64,000 nucleotides of DNA from contig JAVKOQ020000017.1 in assembly GCA_031835245.2 (NCBI GenBank), positions 248,001 to 312,000 of the forward strand, given 5' to 3'. Below, in pieces: positions 1 through 13,081 of the stretch (the first letter of the stretch is position 1; each line of letters starts with the position of its first letter). This stretch comes from Balamuthia mandrillaris. Its lineage: Eukaryota. The translations under genes and the position numbers were made by a program. The notes beneath the pieces were generated by a model that was given only the letters and a program-made list of their open reading frames with translations, did not search any database and was not told the origin of the DNA.

Positions 1-2708
1 CTCTTCAATTGAAACACGACACTTCTGCTTCAACGACACTGTTGAACATCTCCAATCAAAAAGAAGATGAAGCAGCAGAAAAAGAAGAAGCAGAAAAAGC
101 GCAGACTAAACAAGTAAAAGGAGAAGAAGAAGAAAGCGATCAGAGATACCAAGAAGAACCAATCGTTCAACCACCACCACAGAGACAGACGAAAGACAAA
201 AAGTGGTTGGATACTCCGCGTTCTTTCTTTCATTTGGCTGATCTTATTCGTGGCCAACAACGTGATGCTGAATGGGGCCGTTATTATCAGGTCCTTTGTC
301 ATCTTCTTCTCCTTCTAATTCTTCTGCTTCTCATTTTATTTTTTATGTTTACAAACCAGGAATTAAGTTCTTCTTCTGAGTTTCCTCAAAACGTTGTAAA
401 AAAGAACAAATACATGAAAATGATGATTCGTAAACATGGCATTCTACCCGAGTTACGAGGAAAGTTCTGGCAAGCATTTGTTCAGTCCCATTCTCATCGT
501 CAGCACTTTTCCTATGCCACTATCGCTCAAGCTTGTAGCAACCAAGAATCCCAACACACTATTCAAATCGACAAAGTACCTCTTTCTCTTTGTCTTTCTT
601 TTTCTTTTCAGCTCACCTTCATTTTTCGTTATTTTGTAAAGGATCTTCAAAGGACATTCCCAAACAACGAACGGTTTCAATCAAAGGGAGATGGTATTGA
701 GAGCATGCGCCGCGTGCTCGTCAGTTATGCGTCTGTTAATCCTGGTTTGTTTCTCTCCTCTTTCTGCTCTTATTTTGTCTCATTTTTTGATTTGGCTCTC
801 CTGTAGATATTGGTTATTGTCAGTCGATGAACTTTATTACTGCAATGTTATTATTGTTCATGGATGAGGAAGAAGCGTTCTTTATGTTGATGACAATAGT
901 GGAGTCAACCATGCCTAAACACTATTATACCCCCTGCATGCGGGGCCTTATCACTGACGCTCAAAGTATCCTTCTTCTTCTGTCTTCTGTACTCTTTCTT
1001 CTACTGTTTTATGTTTAGTTGCTAACTTGTAAATATTCTGCTTCAGTGTTCTTGAAAGTGCTGAACCTGAAAGTGCCACGCGTGGCTGCTCATCTTCGTT
1101 CGCTAGGCATTGATGTGAAACCGGTGATTTATCATTGGTTATTGTGTCTGTTTGTTGGTGTCTTTCCTGTGGAGGTATCTCTCTTCTCTCTTTCTTCCTC
1201 TTTTAATTTCTCTCTAAACATTCCAAAACAAACGAAAGGTTGTGCTTCGAGTTTGGGACGCATTCTTTTATGAAGGCAATCATATTCTATTTCGTTTTTG
1301 TTTAGGCCTACTGAAGTTAGAAGAAGAAACCATCCTCCAAGCCGAAGATGAAGCAGATGCGTTCATGGTCATGAAAGATCTTCCAAAACGAGTGGAAAAA
1401 GACGCCCTCATACGAATGACGTTCTCCAAAAGCTTTTCTGGGCTCAAGAAACTGGTTTACAAGAAACGAAAAGAAGCGAATGCAGAACTTTGCGATAAAT
1501 CTTCTTCCACACCTGAAGAATCAGTTCGGTTTTATCCTCACTCCACATCTGAAATCGTAACGAGACATCAACTTCAACGCCACAACAAAAAAGAGGTTCC
1601 GTCTTCACCTTCTTCGGAGCCGTCTCTTGACTCGTATCAACATCATTCTTTATCTCCTAGATCCGTTAAAGGAGGGTTCAATTCACTTCTCCCTTCGTTT
1701 CTTGGAGGAGGTAATAACAATAGTGTAAGACCTCCTTCTCCTTCTCCTCCCTCTTCTTCTTCTCCTTCTGCTTCTGCTTCTGCTTCTGCTTCTGCTTCTG
1801 CTTCTTCATTCGAGGACAACAATCTTCAATCGCGAACGTTCGTGTCACAATCTGCCTCCGATATAGAGACGCGTCATCATCATGCAGCAACTTCTTCCAG
1901 TTATCGCAAAGCTTCTTTGGGAGGAGTATCATCTTCTATCAGCAGAAAGAAAGCCATTTGGAATCTGTTTTCTGGTGGAGGAGACACTTCTGCTCCATCT
2001 CCTTCCACCTCGTCCTCATCTATAAATAGAAATGAACGACGGCATCAAAAGCACAAACCGCCCTTTGAAATTCAATCAGAGAGACTAGACCAAACCAGCT
2101 CTAAAGTCGCCAACCATCGCCGTCCGTCCCTGCCATCTCCCTCTCACATGGTGTTGCTATCGCCACAATCAGCTCCTTCCTCTCCAGCTTCTTTTATTCC
2201 TTCGTCTCCTCTTTCTCATCCTTCTTCCCCTTCTTCATCCCCTTTCCCACAGTTCAATATCTCTTCTCCAGATTCTCTTCCAACTACCGCCGAATGGTCT
2301 TCTGCCTCAGCGTCACATAACTACCGACCCAACGCTGTTCGCTTTTCTCCAACGCTTCTTCCTCCGCCTCCCCATCAACATCACAAAAGAACAAGAAGCA
2401 GAGAGGAAACTCAACGGCATCACATTCGTCAACATCGTCATCATCGTATCACCGCTGCAACGAACCAAGAAATGGAAGAAGTCGTGTTCTCACAATTGGA
2501 CCCAACTTACTCCAAACAACGGTATCGTCTCTCTTTTGTGATTCGTGCTTACAATCCTGGTCAACCCCATCTTTTATTAGAGGATTACGAACAACATCAA
2601 CAACAGCATGAAAAGGAGACAAAGAATGAAGCAGAGACACATAAAGAAGTCACAGCACAGACCGAAGAAGAACAAGAGACGGCTGTTTCTTGTTCTGCTG
2701 CCACGTGA
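1..2708 (+). CDS. TBC-domain Rab GTPase-activating protein (5' end outside window; about 5 introns; long Ser/Pro-rich C-terminal tail)
   Basis: Spliced exons give HGILPELRGKFW, the Arg finger QIDK|DLQRTFP, the Gln finger GYCQSMNFI, and LRVWDAFFYEG, all hallmark TBC motifs. Confidence 0.9.
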
Positions 2709-2770
2709 AGAGAGTGTACAATTTCAAAAAAAGTATTACAAACAAAACTTTCAAAACAAAGGTGGACTAT

Positions 2771-3205
2771 TTAGTCGCTTTCCAAGTCGATGTGTTTTGC
2801 TGCTGGTATTTGTTTTTGTATTTCCCGTTCCAGTCGATCCACTTCGTCGCCAAGAGCATCCACTATCTCAGCTCCGCAGTTTACAGTCCATTTCTATCCT
2901 CCAGTCAAAACAAAGAAACTACAAGAGCGAAGAGAAGCGAGAGCGAGAGCGAGAGAGAGAGAGAGCAAAGAACACTGACCTCCAAGTCTTGAGTCGTTTT
3001 GATGTTGGCTAAAACAGGTCGGAGGTCCGGATACTTTTGTCGGAGGTAAGTGTAGGCGATCGCTTTGCCATCAAACTCAATCTCTGCTTTGAAACGAAGT
3101 TTGCCGGGTCCTATTACCTCTGCTTTCACATCCCGCACCGCTTTTATTGACTTTTCGGATTCTAACATCTTTTTTTTGGTTGTTGAGTTTTTTCATTTGC
3201 TCGGG

Positions 3206-3246
<41 letters not shown>

Positions 3247-5314
3247 GAGTAAACTTCAATGATACATACATCAATGATATTTTGTCTGTTGAGAGGAACA
3301 CTGCCCCCTAACAGCAGATGCCTATTCTTTTGTATTAAGAATACAGCTGCCTAAACGGTCAACAAAAAACAACTCAAAGGTAAGCAACAAAATGGAGTGA
3401 GAGAGCAAGAGCGAGAGGGAGAGAGATTGAGTGAGAGAGTGTGAGAGAGAGAGAGAGAGAGAGAGAAAGGGAGTATACCACGCCCAAAATGCCACCGACA
3501 CCAATACTGCCAATTGCATCATAAATAGGATTTCCTGTGAGATGAGACAAACCAACAGCCAAACTAGCCACACCTACGCCTGCCACCTTTTTGCAGAATG
3601 TCTTTTTTGAGTTTGATGAAAAGTAGAAGAAAGAGAGAGTTTTACAGCTGCTCCATCTTCAATTAAAACAGCTACAGCAAGAGGATCAGAGCCTCGAAGC
3701 AAGTACTCCTTCATGCTGAGTCCAGCTTCTGTCGCTCCTGCTCGTACCGCGCGCAGAGCCATGGTGAAAGTTGCTCCTGTAGTTTTAAAGCCACTTTAAT
3801 CCACAAGACATAAGAAAAGAAACGAGAAAAATACCTTCTAGAAGGAAAGAAAGACCAAGAATGCTCAGTGCCATGGAAGGAGAGGTTAGGGCTCCACCAG
3901 TTATCAACGAGGAGACACCATGATACAACGTAACGCCACTCCCAACAAAAAATACTAAATACAAACAAAGCATGAGAGAGAGAGAGAGAGGAAGGGAAAA
4001 AAGAAGAGGAAGAGGAAGAGAAGAGGAAGAGGAAGAGGAAGAGGAAGAGGAAGGAAGAGGAAGAGGAAGAGAAAAAAAAAAAAAAAAAGAGGAAGAGAAG
4101 AGGAAGAGGAAGAGGAAGAGGAAGAGGAAGAGGAAGAGGGAAAGAAGAGAGAGTGAGTATAGAGCAGCATACCTCCACAAGCAGAAATGAGAGCCCAAAT
4201 AAAAGTTTCTCGTCCATATCCATAAGGATGTTCTTCATCAGGTTTTCGTTTGCTGTTACGTATTCCAATTGCCAAAAAGCCCCTTTTTTAACCAGAGAGA
4301 GAGAGAGAGAGAGAGCGAAACGAGTTCAGAAAAAAAAAAAGGCAAGTTTTGTAGAACAGAAAAATAGTACTGATTGAAACAATCTCCCAACGAATGAACT
4401 CCTTCTGAAAGTAATGAAGCGGAGCCAGTAGCCCAGGCCCCGCCAAACTTGGCCAGTGTTAACTGCGGAGCAATGTTGGTTTAAAAAAATGCAGAGTATC
4501 ACAATTTTGAAAGAGTAATGTACCACTATGTTTGCTCCCATCGCAGCTTCGAAAGAGGTACGTGCAAAGAGAGGTAAGAAAATGAGATAGAAAGTCAAAA
4601 AAATGCAAAGAGCAAGCAAAACATCAGACCGCAGCAGAGAAGAGAAGAAAACAATGAAGAGAACTACGAGAAGGATAAGGAGAGAGAGAGAGAGAGAGAG
4701 AGAGGAGGAGGAGGAGAGGAGAGTACCATAAACAGTACGTGCATTCATGTCGTCAGACGGAGACTCTTCATCAGAAGAAGAAGGAGAAGGAGAAGTAAAA
4801 TCAGTGGTCGCCCTCTCTTTCTTTTTCTTTTTCTCTTCCTTTTTCTTTCTTTTTCCTTCTGCGAACCATGAAACAAACGTGCGACGCTGGTCGAAAGCCT
4901 GAAGGCATTGACGGTTGCTGTATGCTGATGCTAGTAATCGGTGCCATAGCAAGTTAACGAAAGCAAAGAAGTAGAAGAACAAGAAGAACAACTTATAAGA
5001 AGAACTAAGAAGAACGAGATAGTACGTTTGTTTGCAGAGTAACTCTGATGGAGCGGAAAGAAATGGGACTTGCGCCTTGCCGGTGGGTTCAAAGGAAGGG
5101 CTGACAAGGGCGCTATTGCACGAACATATTGCGCGGAATGCAGGTTACAAATCGACGGAATTAATGGCGGCTTTTGATAACGTTGCTGCTGCCGATGCAA
5201 CAGCCTTCTGGTTTGACCACCGTATGACGCGCCGACTCCAGCGGTAGCAAACGTTCCTACAAAGCCGAGCCTCTGGCTTCGTCCTGCTCGCAACCAAGAG
5301 CCAGACTTACTCAT
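2771..5314 (-). CDS. Cation diffusion facilitator zinc transporter, SLC30A9/ZnT9/MTP7-like, with probable mitochondrial presequence (about 9 introns)
   Basis: Spliced motifs [68 protein letters not shown] and [17 protein letters not shown]...HIDLESD*. The N-terminus is Arg/Ser-rich. Confidence 0.88.
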
Positions 5315-5586
5315 TGGATAACGAAGAAGTTAATCTTTTTTTCTTTCTTTCTTTTTTTTATTGCTAACACGGAAAATCTTGCAAAAAAAATTAGCAATAG
5401 TTGAGAAAAAAGTTGACATTTGAAAAAATAGTTGGATTTTCTCAAGAAATATTGAAATTGTATGATAGAAAAGTTGAAAACGCACAAGCAACCACACCAG
5501 AAAATTTAAAATTCTTGCAATTGGAGTTGTGTTTTCTCTCAAAAACAAAGGGGAAAGACCCAGTGAATGAAGCTACAAAAAAATAA

Positions 5587-5776
<190 letters not shown>

Positions 5777-5832
5777 GGAGGAGGAGAAGGAAGAAAAAGC
5801 AGAAGCAGAAGAAAGAGAAGGAGAATAAAAGT

Positions 5833-5893
5833 GATGTCAGTGACTACCCCGATTGTTGAGCTTTCACTGACCTCTCCTGAAGAGGCACTTGCA

Positions 5894-5937
<44 letters not shown>

Positions 5938-6564
5938 AACGCTTAAAGATGAGGTAGAGCAACAGCGAAGGGCATTAATAGATGTTCAGAATACCTTTGA
6001 TGCAGCAAAAAGAAAGTGCACCGCATTAGAGCACTACACAAGCAGTAAGAAAAGGGATAGCAAAACAGAAGATAGCTACCACTCTCCTGCTAAGCGAGCA
6101 CGAACAGCACGAATCGATGACAACACGCGTGCGATCATCATTGAGCCGCCAATAACATCTCGGTGCTGTACCTGCCCCCTTATTCCCCTTTCCTCAATCC
6201 TATTGAGTACTGCTTTTCAAAGATCAAAGGGCTCGTGAGAAGAGCTGTCTTCAACGATATAGAGGACCTCAAAACGAAGATTGAGGAGGCAATGGGAAAG
6301 ATTACAGCACAAGACGCAGAAGGGTGGATAAAAAAACCTATTGCCTACTTCGGGCAGTGCTACATGGGACTTCCCTTCACCGGTAGGCCGTTGGAGCCAG
6401 AAGTCGTGGCCACAGATGCCTTCGCTAGCAAAGAGCCCGTTGAGAGCGCGCTTCCCGCGGCCCTCCTGCCGACCCTTCCCGCCCCTGTCGCCTGTCTGTC
6501 AATCACTGACAGCCTGAATAGTTTTTTCGCTTTTACTGTCAACCGGGTTCGGCTCAAAAATTGA
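5833..6564 (+). pseudogene. Disrupted Tc1/IS630-family transposase (N-terminal part joined out of frame to the catalytic C-terminus; central region missing)
   Basis: ORF 6163-6564 carries LPPYSPFLNPIE with the catalytic Glu. The upstream frame ends ...RIDDNTRAIIIE near 6145. No first or second Asp motif is visible. Confidence 0.8.
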
Positions 6565-6654
6565 TAATTCTCAATAATTTTTAACTTTTCTCTCAAGATT
6601 TTCTGTGTTAGCAATATTTGATTAAAAGAAAAAGTTTTAGGTGGTCCTTAAATT

Positions 6655-6727
6655 TTAATGTCGACATTAATGTCGACACGAATTTAGTCGACATTAAATT
6701 GGCTGTTGGCGCAAAAATTGTCGACAT
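6655..6727. promoter_or_regulatory. Cluster of four GTCGAC palindromes (candidate promoter element)
   Basis: GTCGAC at 6660, 6672, 6687 and 6720. TGTCGACATTAATGTCGACA (6659-6678) is a perfect 20-bp palindrome. The same hexamer recurs upstream of many genes. Confidence 0.5.
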
Positions 6728-6730
6728 GAA

Positions 6731-8124
6731 TTATTTTTGTCTCTGTCTTTTGCTCTCCTCTCGCTCTTCTTCTTCCTCCTCTTGGGGATGTTGTTGCTGC
6801 TGCTGATGCTGCTCTCTGCTCACCCTTTCTTCCTCTTCCCTCCTCTCTCTCACCAATCTCTCCGCCTCTGTTTCCCTTCGAAAATGCGTATCGAAGGTAT
6901 GCGCCACCAGCACCTCGTACTTCCACTTGTTCACAAAATGGTTCTCCTCTCTCACGTCCAAAAAGGCCAGTCCCCAACGCTCGTTGCGAAAGCCAGTGTC
7001 TGCCAGGTGCACTTTTCCGCGTCCCCATCGCCCTGTCTCGTTCATGCGGGCACGAAAAGTGATTTGTCCCGCTGGAACGTTGGGATCTCCTAATGTTAAA
7101 CATAAAAATGTTTGGTTGTTAGTTTGTGGTGCGTTGGTGAGAGTTTTTTCTCTGTCTTCCTTTCTGCAACAGGCACACAAAGACAAACCAAGAAAAGGAA
7201 AGACGGAAAACAAACCAGTGATCTTCAGGGCTTCGACCAGATATCCATAGTGAGTGACCTTGACTAGTTCCTCCCCATGGGAGCCATAGAGCCCTATCCA
7301 ATGTCCATTCAGGTCAGGAGTACCGCTGCACCTCCGATAGAACTCCCTCCAATCGTCTATTTGTCTACATTCCTTCTTCACGGCAAACCTTTCTTCCAGT
7401 CCTTCTTTCTCTTTGTCTTTGCTCTTCTTTGTGTGCAGTTGCTGTTCGCTTTCGCCAGTTTCCTCCGTTTGTGCTTCTCCTTCTCCTTCTTCTTCACCTT
7501 CGAGCGCCTCTAAAAGTGCGGCAGCGGTTTGGGCGGCACGAGTGACTTCAGCGTCGCTGCCAGAGGCCATCGCGCTCCGAAAGGCACGCAAGATCTCGTT
7601 TGTAACTTGATAAATATTTTTTTAAACTAAGTAAAAACCTGAGAAGAAACAGAAAACAGCGAGAAAGAAGTGAACAGCAGGAGAGGAGAGAGCAGCTGAG
7701 CAACGGGAAGAGAAGCTAGAAGCAAGAAATACCTTTTTGTGTGTTGTCTTCGGAAGCTTCCGGCGAAAGAGGAAGCGTTTCGATATAGGGAGTAAAGTCA
7801 CGATAACATCTTTTTTTTAAAAAAAATACATTTTAAAAATGCCGGTTAACATTCAGTCGTCATCTTCCAAACATGAAACGAGGTTCAACTTGTGAAACCA
7901 AAAAAACCAAACATAAAAAGAAATCAAAAACAAAACACGTACAAAGCTTTCCAAATCGATTGGTTGACGGCGGCATACCATTCTCTGCAGACGAGACTGC
8001 AGCAGGCCAAAGACTTGGCATCCAGCCAGATAAACACGTGGGCTTTCAGTTCGGGCGGCAAGCTATCGATGGGGAAGAAGAAGCGCTCTTCTTCCGCTGT
8101 GGTCGGCCTTGCCCGTGCCTCCAT
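6731..8124 (-). CDS. F-box protein with C-terminal DUF3506/Cyclin_D1_bind (FBXO31/EXECUTER-type) domain (3 introns)
   Basis: F-box IDSLPPELKAHVFIWLDAKSLACCSLVCREW...WKAL|CYRDF. C-terminal GHWIGLYGSHGEELV...EALKITG|DPNVPAGQITFRA. Confidence 0.85.
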
Positions 8125-8427
8125 CCTTCTTTTTTTTTTAAGTTTTACTGCTTTTTTATGCCGACAAATATTTGTTTTCTTTCAACTTTCTTCCAAATTT
8201 CTACAATATATGGAATGCTAAGCGTTTGAAACACGAAAGGCATGCCAAAATGCTAAAGAATGCATCTGTCGGCAAATTAATTAGATCAGAATGTTGACCA
8301 TATAAGGAATAAATTGCTGATGTCACCATACTGATCGGTCTCGGAAGGAAAAAATAAATAAAAGAAAAGAATCGTTGAAAGAAAAAGAGTAGCAGAAGGA
8401 GAAGAAAGTAGCAGAAGAACGACGTCC

Positions 8428-8658
8428 ATGTTGCGAATGAACCGTCTTCCAGTGTCGTCGTTCAAGTTTGCTGGCATTCAGCTGCTCGTTGGCGCAGACA
8501 AGAGCGCAAACCATGCTCGTGCCACGAAGAAAATCGCTGAAGCAGCCCAAAATGGAGCCAAAATGATTTCTCTTCCTGTTTGTACTGCTACCTTTTTCTT
8601 CTTTCTTCTTGTTCTTGTTCTTGTTCTTCTTTCTTCTTTCTTCTTATTTCTTCTCTGC

Positions 8659-8697
<39 letters not shown>

Positions 8698-9858
8698 TTC
8701 ATCTTCTTCTTCTTCTTCTTCTTCTTCTTCTTCTTCTTCTTCTTCTTCTTCTTCTTCTTCTTCTTCTTCTTCTTCTTCTTCTTCTTCTTCTTCTTCTTCT
8801 TCTTCTTCTTCTTCTTCTTCTTTGTTCTTCTTCTCCTTCTTTCTTCTTGCTTTTCCAACTCATTGAAAAAATAACACAACACACAAACACAAATAGGAGT
8901 GTTGGAACTGTCCTTATTCGAATGCTGCCTTTCCTGAGTATGCAGAGTCCATTCCAGACGGGCCTTCCAGCAAGCTTCTCAGCGAACAAGCCAAAGAACA
9001 CTTTGTCTGGTTGATTGGAGGTTTCTTTCTTCTTTCTCTCTATCTTTCTATCTCCCATGTTTCTCTCTTTGTCTCCTCTCATCTCTGCTTTGCCTCTTTG
9101 CTTCTCTCTTTTTCTCTGCCTAACAACTGAAAAAATAAGGTTCCATCCCTGAAAGAGTTGGCGATAAGCTCTACAATACATGTGTGGTCTTCAACCCACA
9201 AGGCGAGCCTGTTGTTAAACATCGAAAGGTACTCTTTCCTAGTCTCGTTTTCTCTCTCTCTCTCTCTCTCTTCTCTCGTTCTTTTCACATTTTTCTAACT
9301 CAGTTAACATACAGGTTCACCTTTTCGACATCAGCGTTCCGCCTTCAGACGGCAAACCAGGCATCACTTTCAAAGAGTCGGATACCCTCTCTGCTGGATC
9401 CTCCTTGTCTTCCTTCGATACAGAGTATGGTAAAGTTGGCGTTGGCATTTGTTATGACATTCGTTTTCCTGAGCTGGCCATCGTACTCGCCAAGCAAGGT
9501 TAATTTCTTTTTCTCTCTCCTTAATACTCCCTTCTTTTTTATTCTTCCTTCTCGTTTTCTTCCTCTATGCTCTATCCTTTTTCGTTTTCATGATTTAAAT
9601 ATTGAATACAAAAATAGGAGTGAAGTTCATGTGTTACCCAGGAGCGTTCAACATGACCACGGGACCGCTGCATTGGGAGCTGCTGCAACGAGCCCGCGCC
9701 GTTGACAACCAGGTCTATGTTGCTGCCGTCTCCCCCGCTCGCAACCCTGAGTCTGGCTACCAGGCATGGGGGCATTCCTCTGTCGTTGATCCTTGGTAAC
9801 TTCATTTCTTTCTGTTCTTTGTTCACTTTTTCCTTGCTCATTCTTCTCTTCTCTTCTC

Positions 9859-9895
<37 letters not shown>

Positions 9896-10080
9896 TCGAT
9901 AATAGGGGAACTGTAATAGCAACAACGGAACACGAAGAGGATATCATCTATGCGGACATTGATATGGAGCAGCTCGAAAAGTTCCGCGCCCAGATCCCCG
10001 TCACCAAGCAAAAGCGTTACGACCTTTACAACATCTCGCTCGCCACCTCCAACAACAACAAAGAAGAAGTGCTGGCATAA
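8428..10080 (+). CDS. NIT2: Omega-amidase, nitrilase/CN-hydrolase family (about 6 introns)
   Basis: Catalytic Glu-Lys-Cys motifs SLP|ECWNCPY, KHRK|VHLFDI and [11 protein letters not shown], plus [26 protein letters not shown] and YQAWGHS. Confidence 0.92.
8703..8820 (+). repeat. Intronic (CTT)n microsatellite preceded by (GTT)n
   Basis: Direct tandem array in NIT2 intron 1. Confidence 0.95.
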
Positions 10081-10390
10081 AAAAAAAACAAGTTACACAT
10101 ATATAACTTTTAAAACTCTTTATTGCACAAAACTTTATTTTTATTTTATTTTATTTTTGTTGTGCATGAAAAACAACATAATGTCGTCATGAGGATATTG
10201 GTGGACATTTTTTCGCTGCGGAAACAGCAGAACAGGACATGAGATAGGCAAAGAGCTGAGGATAAATGTCGACAACAATCCAAGAATTAAACGTCGACAC
10301 GCATAAATTGTCCCTAAATAATAATAAATAAAAAGAAAGAAAAGAACGACGAAAAAAAACACAAAAAAAAAAAAAAAGGGGGAAAAGAGA

Positions 10391-13081
10391 ATGAGCGGCG
10401 GCACAACGAAGGAGGAGGAAGAGCTCGAATTGAAGGTGAAAGAGCTGCAGAGCGACCTCAAAAAATGGAAGGACAAATACGAGGAGGCTCACAAGGAGCG
10501 CCTGGAGCTCGAGGCCCAGGTGAAAGCGCTGGAATCACAGCACCAAGGACAGGAACAAGAACAGGAAACCTCCACCGACGAAACCTCCCCACAAGCACAA
10601 CCCCAACCCCAACAGGCACCACCCTCTCGCCCTCCCCCTGCCGCTCCTGTTGCCTCCACCCCTTCAGATTCCCCTCAACAACCAAACACAGATGAAGCTG
10701 CCCCTGCTGCCGCTCCTCCCTCTCGCGCGGCGCCGCCCACGCCGGTGAGAAGGGTGGTCAAGCCGCCGATCCCAGGGGGAGGCTCAGGCGGCCCCTTGGG
10801 CGGCGTCCAGATCCCCGTCCTGGACCGCTCCAAGAAGGACCTCACGGAGATCGACGAGGACATACTCTCCAAGCCCTACCTCAAGAAGCTCTACCTCTTC
10901 CAGAACCTCATCGAGGAGATCCCCTCCGGCATCTCCCGCCTGGGTGAGCTGCAGCTGCTGGACCTCAAGTACAACCGCCTGAAGGCCCTGCCCGACGAGT
11001 TTTGCCAGCTCAAGGCCCTCACCGAGGTGACCCTCACCGGCAACACCATACAGACCCTCCCCGCCCACTTTGACGGCAGCTCCCTGTCCAACCTCTCCAA
11101 GCTGGACCTCACGCAGAACAGGGTGGAGGAGTTCCCCCAGTCCTTGCTCACCCTGACCTCCCTCACCGAGCTGGGCCTGGAGAGGAACAGGCTGTCCGCC
11201 CTGCCGGAGGGCCTGTCCCAGCTGGTGAACCTCAAGAAGTTGACCCTCAAGGACAACCGTCTCAAGGCTTTGCCGGCCTCCCTGGGCAGCATGCCCGCCT
11301 TGGAGCATTTGCAGCTGGGGGACAACGAGCTGGAGAGCCTGCCGGAGGAGGTGGGCGGGTTGGTCAACCTGGTCACGCTGGACCTGAGCAACAACGCCCT
11401 GGAGGCGCTGCCCGAGAGCGTGGGTCAGTGGACGGCCCTCACTACTTTGTCCCTGAAGCGCAACCGTCTTACGGCCCTGCCGGAGAGCATCCAGGTCACG
11501 GAGGAGACGGGCTGGTACAGCCTCTATGACCCCAACCTCTTTGGCAATCGACTCACGGAGCTGCCTGCTGGCCTGTGGACGTTGGAGGCCATGCAGAGCC
11601 TCAACCTTACCTCCAACCGCCTCACCGAGCTTCCCGCTGACATTGCCAACCTCTACGGCTTGACCTCGCTGCGTGTCGGTGATAACCAGCTGACAAAGCT
11701 GCCAGAGGAGCTGGCCCATCTGGAAAGTCTGCAAACCTTGGAGGCGTTCTGCAACCAGCTGACGGAAGTGCCAGAGCAACTGGGTCAGCTCTACAATCTG
11801 GAGGTGCTCTTCCTCGCCTACAACAAGATCAAGGCCCTACCGGACCTCTCTGCCTTGGAGCAGCTACGAGAGCTCTTCATCTCTGGAAACCCCTTGGGCG
11901 ACGAGGGCTTCCACCCTTCTGTTTGGACTCTGGCCAACCTGCATCTCCTCTTTGCCCATAATGTGCAGCTCTCCACTTTGCCGGAGGACCTCTCCGCTCT
12001 GGTCAATCTCGAGGTGCTCGACCTCAGCGCCAACAAGTTGGAAAGCATTCCTGGCGCTGCTCTTACCAATTTGGAGATGTTGGCTCGGTGGAACTTGTCT
12101 CATAACCTCCTCACCACCATGCCCGATGAGCTCATGGACGTTCGCGAGTTAGAAGAATTGGACCTCACCGCCAATCGTTTCACTACCATGCCTCCAGTCT
12201 TAGACTACATCAAGGAGAGGGTGGACATTTTGTTGGACCTCAACCCGCTGGAAGGGGACGCCGCCAAGCAGCACGATGAGAACCCGCACGCCTGGAAACG
12301 CAGTGCCCGCTTCACATTTGACTGCGCCGAGATGTTGGGCCGAAGACCCACCATGGAGGACGCCTTTTCCATTCAAGGTCGCTTTGGCGGCAAAGAGGAC
12401 GTTGACTACTTCGGCCTTTATGACGGTCATGCGGGACGCATCGCTGCCACTTTTGCCGGTGAACACCTCCATCAGATCTTGTCCGCTAAGTTGTCTAACG
12501 ATGGCGTCAACGTGGAACAAGCTCTGCAAGAGTCCTTCCGCGAGGTCAATGACAAGTTCAAGGAGTTCTTGGACGGTGCCGACCACTCCTACCGCCACGC
12601 TGGTAGTACCGGCGTGCTCGTCCTCTTCATCGGCAACAAGTGTTACGTGGCCAACGTGGGTGACAGTCGCGCCGTTCTCGCTCGCGGCTCCAAAGCGCAG
12701 CGCCTCTCCTTTGACCACAAACCATACTCGGAAGAGGAGGAGGATCGCATCCGCTCTCTCGGCGGTTATGTCACCGGCGACACAGGAAGAGTGAACGGGC
12801 TGCTAGCTGTCTCTCGTTCCATCGGAGACTTTTACATGCAGCCCTTTGTCATCGTGGATCCCTTTGTAGACAGCACGGAGATCGGGGAGGAGGACGAGCT
12901 TCTCATCCTGGCCTGTGATGGCGTCTGGGATGAGGTCTCGGATGAGCAGGCGGTGGCGATAGTGCGAACAGAGACGGATCCCTTCTTGATGAGCGCCAAG
13001 CTGCGGGACTACGCCTATCTGTTGGGCAGCGATGATAACATTAGTGCCACCGTGGTGCTGCTGAAGAAGAAGCCCCAGTGA
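10391..13081 (+). CDS. Leucine-rich repeat plus PP2C phosphatase protein (PHLPP-like architecture), intronless, N-terminal coiled coil and Pro-rich linker
   Basis: 896-aa ORF with about 20 LxxLxLxxNxL repeats, then PP2C motifs GRRPTMED, YDGHAG, ANVGDSRAVL, LAVSRSIGD, LACDGVWD and GSDDNIS. Confidence 0.95.
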   Translation: MSGGTTKEEEELELKVKELQSDLKKWKDKYEEAHKERLELEAQVKALESQHQGQEQEQETSTDETSPQAQPQPQQAPPSRPPPAAPVASTPSDSPQQPNTDEAAPAAAPPSRAAPPTPVRRVVKPPIPGGGSGGPLGGVQIPVLDRSKKDLTEIDEDILSKPYLKKLYLFQNLIEEIPSGISRLGELQLLDLKYNRLKALPDEFCQLKALTEVTLTGNTIQTLPAHFDGSSLSNLSKLDLTQNRVEEFPQSLLTLTSLTELGLERNRLSALPEGLSQLVNLKKLTLKDNRLKALPASLGSMPALEHLQLGDNELESLPEEVGGLVNLVTLDLSNNALEALPESVGQWTALTTLSLKRNRLTALPESIQVTEETGWYSLYDPNLFGNRLTELPAGLWTLEAMQSLNLTSNRLTELPADIANLYGLTSLRVGDNQLTKLPEELAHLESLQTLEAFCNQLTEVPEQLGQLYNLEVLFLAYNKIKALPDLSALEQLRELFISGNPLGDEGFHPSVWTLANLHLLFAHNVQLSTLPEDLSALVNLEVLDLSANKLESIPGAALTNLEMLARWNLSHNLLTTMPDELMDVRELEELDLTANRFTTMPPVLDYIKERVDILLDLNPLEGDAAKQHDENPHAWKRSARFTFDCAEMLGRRPTMEDAFSIQGRFGGKEDVDYFGLYDGHAGRIAATFAGEHLHQILSAKLSNDGVNVEQALQESFREVNDKFKEFLDGADHSYRHAGSTGVLVLFIGNKCYVANVGDSRAVLARGSKAQRLSFDHKPYSEEEEDRIRSLGGYVTGDTGRVNGLLAVSRSIGDFYMQPFVIVDPFVDSTEIGEEDELLILACDGVWDEVSDEQAVAIVRTETDPFLMSAKLRDYAYLLGSDDNISATVVLLKKKPQ

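Noticed and set aside
8478..9181. Poly-K, poly-F, poly-L, poly-R and poly-S ORFs
   Set aside because: Frames through intronic (CTT)n/(GTT)n repeats of NIT2.
10784..12794. Long antisense and alternate-frame ORFs over the LRR-PP2C gene
   Set aside because: Shadow ORFs expected from high GC3 codon bias.
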